In this document: positions 58,900-64,000 of the stretch, piece after piece
Numbering within the stretch: position 1 is the stretch's first letter
Layout of the letters: each line of letters opens with the position of its first letter
Origin: Minutocellus sp. GHC0000111
Lineage: Eukaryota
NCBI GenBank assembly: GCA_977018835.1
Contig: OZ361258.1
Span: forward strand, 4,030,001 to 4,094,000
Reading direction: 5' to 3'
DNA: 64,000 nucleotides
Notes under the pieces: model-generated
Databases searched by the model: none
What the model was told of the DNA's origin: nothing
The model's input: the letters and a program-made list of their open reading frames with translations, nothing else
Made by a program: the position numbers and the translations under genes

Positions 58900-59559
58900 A
58901 TGCGATACACATCCTCTCTGCCGCTGGTTGCCGCCCATTTTGTGGCATCTGGGCCATGTTCATGCTCTGCATTTGTCGGAAGCTGCAGATCCGCAGCCCC
59001 CCGGAAGACGAGGCTTTGTGGCAAGAGGTGGCGGTATGACAGTCCCCTTGAAAATCATGTTCGTGTTGACGACGATGTGCCTGATGGCGGAAATTATAGC
59101 AGTGGCCGTCCACGAAACCCAATCGATGATGGCAAGCCTCATGGATATCGAGACGACCAGGCGGTTATGGAGATGCCAAACAATGCCTACATTGACGGAG
59201 AGTTTCGTGGCAGTGCAGGCAACCCAAAGCGCAAGAAGAGCAACGAGTTGGATCCGCCAGATGCATATCAAATACTGGGCCTCAAGGATGGCTGCACCGA
59301 CAAAGCTACGATCAAGAAAGCGTACTACGACCTCGTTGCAAAATACCACCCTGATCACAACAAATGGATGAACGATGAAGAGCAGAGAGAGGCAAGAGAG
59401 AAGCTGTACAAGATCAACGCAGCCTTTGCGTGTATCAAGTCAGCGCTGCAGAAACGACCCAAGTTACGTCCGGGCTTTGGAATGCCTGGGATGGCGACTG
59501 GTGGAGGTGGCAACTGGTATGATAACAATCGCGATAATTCCTCGTACTTTGGGTACTAG
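58900..59559 (+). CDS. DnaJ-domain protein with likely bipartite plastid-targeting leader
   Basis: CSAFV leader; DAYQILGL...IKKAYYDLVAKYHPDHN...INAAF. Confidence 0.85.
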   Translation: MRYTSSLPLVAAHFVASGPCSCSAFVGSCRSAAPRKTRLCGKRWRYDSPLENHVRVDDDVPDGGNYSSGRPRNPIDDGKPHGYRDDQAVMEMPNNAYIDGEFRGSAGNPKRKKSNELDPPDAYQILGLKDGCTDKATIKKAYYDLVAKYHPDHNKWMNDEEQREAREKLYKINAAFACIKSALQKRPKLRPGFGMPGMATGGGGNWYDNNRDNSSYFGY

Positions 59560-59651
59560 GAGTAGGAATTGCTAAGTAAAAAATTGAATGGCCACTGCGC
59601 AAATACACACTCTCACATTTGTTGTACTATATAGATATCTATTCTAAACTG

Positions 59652-60959
59652 TCATGTACATATCCTATTGTTCCAACGTAAAAGTACTAAGCCCTTAGCG
59701 GCCGCTGGATCGGCATCGTTGCCAGCAGCTTCCTTGGAATCTCTCATGGCCCTGGCCTTGCTTCTGTAGGAACAGATGTATGCCGTCTTGGTGGTACAAC
59801 CACTCGCCATGTATCTGTGGAAAGAGGGAGCAGGGCGACGCTCTTTGGGTGTAGTAAACCACTTCTGGAGAACCTCTTCTTGGGGGAAGAGATATTGAGC
59901 ATGTTCGGCCCGGATGCGCAGGCCGAGCGAAGGAGGAAAGTGCTGGTCAAGGAGGGTGTTGGTACGAACTCTTGGCAGGCTTTTCTCGTCGAAGGCAGAC
60001 TCACAGAATATGCGACTCAAATGGCCATCTTCCATGATGACTGAGCATGACCTTCTTCTCCTGGTTGGTTCGGTACCGTCTGGTGCTCTGGCAATCAAAC
60101 TGCCAAGATCGATCATGCGCACATCATGGCCGCATGATGTGGCTTCGTCGTAGGCATCTCGAAGACGCACAAGGGCCTCTTCTACATCATTTGTAGCGAC
60201 AGGATGATCCCATCCACAACGCAGTGCAATGCCTACCACCTTCATGCCCTTGGCTTTGGCCACACGTAGTGTCTCGGCTGCCCTGGCGGCTTCCTTATTA
60301 TCGGCCGTAGATGCCAGGCTAAGGACAAGCTCAACAGTTTTGCTGGCGCTGGATATTCTCATGACCTCGGCTGGATATGAGACCGTCATGCGGCTGACAC
60401 CGAGGCTGAGCGCCTCGAGGATGTGGCGACGTGATTTGGCCGGGGCAGAAAAGCAGCAGTCTTGTTGGATCCGGATGTCATCGATGCATTCGGCGGTCAT
60501 TCGTACGGCCTCGATGGAGGTTAGGTTTAGAGCGATGGCGTTTGTCGAAACTTCTTCTTCTTCGCCAGAATTGTAGAGGGTGGAAAGTAGAGATGAATTG
60601 GCGCTCTTGGCATTTTGAACGTGTAGATCGACTGCATACGATGGCTGGGCACGGGGATGGGACTTGAGGAAGGATTGAATGTGAGTTGGTACATCCGTCA
60701 CATTTGCGACCTCGAGATGACATGTGCTGGGACTGCTGTTTTCGGCAGCAGCAGAAGTTTCGCGAATGTAGCAGTAGTTGGTGTGATGGCGCTGCTGCGA
60801 GGCGCATGAGGCATATCTTATGTTGTTCTCCGTGTCGTTCAACATGTTACGTGGTGAAAATGAATGGATGCGCTTGTCGAGGAAAGATGAATGGCTAAAA
60901 GTACCGAGTAGGTTGTAGTGTAAGCAGACTTGTTCTGCTTCTTCGATTTCCATCGGCAT
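59652..60959 (-). CDS. Degenerate ornithine decarboxylase-like protein (fold III PLP barrel, catalytic residues lost)
   Basis: PRAQPSYAVD, FSAPAK, GVSRMTVSYPAEVMRI, VVGIALRCG, MIDLGS, IRAEHAQY. Confidence 0.65.
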   Translation of the reverse strand: MPMEIEEAEQVCLHYNLLGTFSHSSFLDKRIHSFSPRNMLNDTENNIRYASCASQQRHHTNYCYIRETSAAAENSSPSTCHLEVANVTDVPTHIQSFLKSHPRAQPSYAVDLHVQNAKSANSSLLSTLYNSGEEEEVSTNAIALNLTSIEAVRMTAECIDDIRIQQDCCFSAPAKSRRHILEALSLGVSRMTVSYPAEVMRISSASKTVELVLSLASTADNKEAARAAETLRVAKAKGMKVVGIALRCGWDHPVATNDVEEALVRLRDAYDEATSCGHDVRMIDLGSLIARAPDGTEPTRRRRSCSVIMEDGHLSRIFCESAFDEKSLPRVRTNTLLDQHFPPSLGLRIRAEHAQYLFPQEEVLQKWFTTPKERRPAPSFHRYMASGCTTKTAYICSYRSKARAMRDSKEAAGNDADPAAAKGLVLLRWNNRICT

Positions 60960-61240
60960 CGATCTTGGAAGAACAAAGTTGCGTCTTGCGTCTGGTTGCG
61001 GCTTCTCGGCTTCTCATTGTCCAGAAATTCCAAAGAGAGGCGGATTCGGGGTGATAGGAGCGACCTGTGTATGCAAGCAGGATGAGCTTAATTTTTGCGC
61101 CATCGCCATGCATTAAGAGGGCGCTGTCCATAATTTTCCCCGTTTTTAATCCCCCTTATTCTTATTTCTTATGACGAGCGAAGCATGACAAAAACTCGAC
61201 CCCACCATGAGAATCGCCGCTCTGCCCCCTCTTCATTACG

Positions 61241-62470
61241 ATGAAGCGCAGCGCTGATAATAGTGCCGGCCCGGCCCACAACGCAGATACGCGGTTGCGG
61301 AAACTCAAGACAGATAACTCCGGTCGCCCGATTTTGCCTGTTGACAAGAAGAAAGAGAAGGCGGAGGACAAAGCGAAAGACGCCGTTACCGAGATACTGG
61401 AGGGCCTCGCCGTCACGTTGGAGAACGACCCGAACGGACAAGGACGAGAATTATGGAACAATCCCGGCGTCGGCCATGCACTTCAACATCTTGTCAAAGC
61501 AGTCGAGGCTCGCGCTGATAAGTATCATGTTCGGGATGATATTGATGTCGCTGCTGAGCGGCCCGGCCTCGTAGTTACCAACCTGTCCGTGGCTGATGTG
61601 AAGTTGAGGCTGACGGTCGGCATCGTCGATCAATTGCAAGATCCCATGTTTGACGCCGGACCTGAATTCTTCCCTATATTTCAACTTCATGGGAAACGGA
61701 TCGATATTGGATCGGCTCTTGCTGCGCACGGCCGACCTTTCAACACCACATCGCTTACTTTGCTTGATGGAAGCGGAAAGCTTATCGTCGCTCGTGTTGC
61801 CCTGACAATTACCGAAAAGGCCCGAAGTCTACAACAGGGCCATGTGATCAAATTGACAAAGTTCCACCGATGGCATGTGGCTCCATATGATGACATACAC
61901 TCTACTGCTGGGATTGGACTAGTTGATTTTGATATTGTTGGAATGGGCCAACTTCTGCAGGTAGATGGTGGGCCATCAGCAGCGATCAGATCGGACACGG
62001 ATGCTCTTGTTGCGGCCGTTTGTGAGGAAGCCGACGATGATCCGACGGCAGCGCCGGAGGCAGACACATTCGGTAATTGGGACGAGACCAGAGAGAGGCC
62101 GCCAATACCCCCTGCTTGCTGCACTGCCGCCAACCGAAGCTGCTCAATGTACGGCACACTCTTCTTTCAGAAATGCGTCTGCGAAGAAATGCTTGTGCCG
62201 ACGGAGGAGGACCTGGAGGATATCGCTGACAAATACTACGCAACCACCATGCCAGTCGAAGCCATGGCAAATAATTTGAAGAGGAACATGCTGTATTGGT
62301 ACTATGCAACTGAGGTGTATCATGTGAGAGGTTGGCTTGATCGGAAGCCCTTGCCAACCTGTCTAGTCTTTTGCATTAGGTTCATTTATCCAAATGATAA
62401 AGGTGAACGATATGTTGGATTCATCCCTGGTCATCAAGATGAAGAGGAAGAAGAAGAGGAAAATGCATAA
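61241..62470 (+). CDS. KolX/P2X7-ballast-like accessory protein with central OB-fold-like segment
   Basis: NNLKRNMLYWYY...RKPLPTCLVFCIRFIYPN...YVGF preceded by a Cys cluster CC...C...CVC. Confidence 0.6.
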   Translation: MKRSADNSAGPAHNADTRLRKLKTDNSGRPILPVDKKKEKAEDKAKDAVTEILEGLAVTLENDPNGQGRELWNNPGVGHALQHLVKAVEARADKYHVRDDIDVAAERPGLVVTNLSVADVKLRLTVGIVDQLQDPMFDAGPEFFPIFQLHGKRIDIGSALAAHGRPFNTTSLTLLDGSGKLIVARVALTITEKARSLQQGHVIKLTKFHRWHVAPYDDIHSTAGIGLVDFDIVGMGQLLQVDGGPSAAIRSDTDALVAAVCEEADDDPTAAPEADTFGNWDETRERPPIPPACCTAANRSCSMYGTLFFQKCVCEEMLVPTEEDLEDIADKYYATTMPVEAMANNLKRNMLYWYYATEVYHVRGWLDRKPLPTCLVFCIRFIYPNDKGERYVGFIPGHQDEEEEEEENA

Positions 62471-62574
62471 TCATTACCTCAACACATGTAGACAACAAGA
62501 ATGTGCGTAGCACGTGAGTAACAGCACACAATAAATCCATTTTTATTTACAGTGATAAAATATTTTACACGTGT

Positions 62575-64000
62575 TTACAAGCTGCCATTTTCTCTCAGTA
62601 TCGCCGGCATCCAAGAGCTAACATCATTTGCCGATACACCGAAGTTTGTCTTAGCTTTCTTATTATTTCTTGCAGATTTCTTGTTGCTGCCTGGGCTTCT
62701 GCGCTTCTTTCCGGCGTAAACGACAACGTCGTCAGCATCGTCGCATTGACATTCAGCCCGAGTGTGGCCAAGCTGCTTGCATTTCTGACACTGCTGGTCA
62801 ATCTTCTTCTTGCGGCCAGGCCTTGCTGGTTTCGCCTTACCAGCAGCTAGGGCCCTGTTCTTCTTGTACACATAGTCCTTGTCGTCTTTCTCACTTCTGT
62901 TTCGCAAGGCTGCTCGAAGGCGCTTGCTGTCGCTCTTGCTCTTTTTGTACTCATCGGTGCGCTTACGCGCAAGGTCGCCCTCGAGCTTCCGGTCAATTGC
63001 ATCGAATCCATCTTTTCGGGTAGGAGAATCCCTCGATCCCAACTTTCCAAGAACTCGCTCATTGAATTCCGTACCCAGTGACTTGTGGCCAGCGGCTCTA
63101 CTTGTTGCATTTGGGTAGGCGTCTGAAGCAGTCAAATTCGGCCTTTTCCCCATCGTGAACTTCGTCACCATCCCGTTGAGCTGTTCGACGCCGGTGGTAG
63201 ATTCCTTCTTGCAGTTGGAGTCGGCAGTATTCTTGTTGATTCTCTTGGTTATTTCAAGCGTCATCTTGCGAATCGTGTCGTCACTAATCTCCAATACGTC
63301 GCCATCGAATTGATTCCCCGAGCTCCATTCCTCATCGAGCTTGCCATCACTCCAATCAGGATGAGCAATGCTGAGGCGAATCCAATCACACGTGTTGGTG
63401 GTGCAAAAAGTGTGAATGCCACATTGGTGACGAACGACGGACTGGAGTTCTTTCTGAAGGAGGGCCAGATGACTTTGTTTTCCTCCTCGGACACAGCACC
63501 ATCGGGCTGATCGAGAACGCTGTGCTTGTGCCGATCAGTAATCTTCGAAATGTCCTGTTTCATCCGATTGATGCGTGGTCGGGGGATGGCATTAAAATTT
63601 TCAACTCCCAACATTCTCGGCCAGATGCTCCTCTGCCACACCGGGGGAGTAGGAAGAGTTGCGATAGCAGAAGCCATCATGGTCGCACAGGGCCAGTGTC
63701 TCATCCTTGCTCATGTTTTTGAGCTCACTCGGCGTCATTGGATTGCCGGCTTCCCGCCTCTCCCTCAATCTTGCATTGCAGGCTCTCACGCAATAGTGGC
63801 AGCTTACCTGAGAGATTCCCTTGTCAACAACAAGGCCAGTTTCCTTGTCTACGGCAAATACCGCTGCAGCAGAGCCAGTGCAGCAATGGCCGTAGTCGCG
63901 TTTGAGGGCGCTGCCGTCTTGGGCCACCGTAACCACCGCCGCCGTGTGCATCTCGCCGCCTTGTTCAAACTCAACAGTCTTGCTGCTAGCGGCACATGCT
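62575..64000 (-). pseudogene. Degenerate Kolobok/Mutator-like DDE transposase with C-terminal CCHC knuckle
   Basis: VAQDGSALKRDYG...ETGLVVD...SCHYC...CYRN; HQCGIHTFC; TTGVEQLNG; CQKCKQLGHTRAEC; frame breaks near 63600 and 63480. Confidence 0.7.

Larger units (their letters stand above)
61117..64000. mobile_element. Kolobok-like ('Mutator-like transposase' family) DNA transposon, extends beyond the window
   Basis: TTAA at 61113-61116 followed by GAGGG; convergent KolX-like ORF and transposase. Confidence 0.6.

Noticed and set aside
1..64000. tRNA or rRNA genes
   Set aside because: No cloverleaf or rRNA-like sequence recognised

Overview
Eukaryotic nuclear DNA, almost certainly a diatom: there is an Lhcf light-harvesting gene with an ASAFAP-type bipartite plastid leader, short GT-AG introns and dense gene packing. 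0-38 kb holds mostly host genes: a multidomain glycosyltransferase/sulfotransferase-like gene, an EGF-repeat gene, a TLC-domain gene, COX20, Lhcf, an AIG1-like gene, a PH+FABP-like gene, two LRR membrane proteins, four RING-like/Sel1/MYND paralogs, a rhomboid-UBA gene and a 2OG oxygenase. 38.9-53.5 kb looks like an inserted accessory island. Its centrepiece is a 6-exon, ~1584-aa gene combining a Ulp1-like protease, a TET/JBP-like HxDxxN...YxR segment and an HhH/aGPT-Pplase-like helical domain. Next to it are an MBD protein and an HA-domain protein, so the island is a candidate mobile DNA base-modification/reader system. A TA-flanked DD38D mariner sits in intron 1 of the large gene. 57-58.7 kb carries a Crypton-like remnant between 15-bp direct repeats, and a Kolobok-like element runs off the right end. 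Many genes have nonsense codons, frameshifts or deletions, reflecting either regional decay or assembly error. All domain calls are motif recognition by eye; no searches were run.
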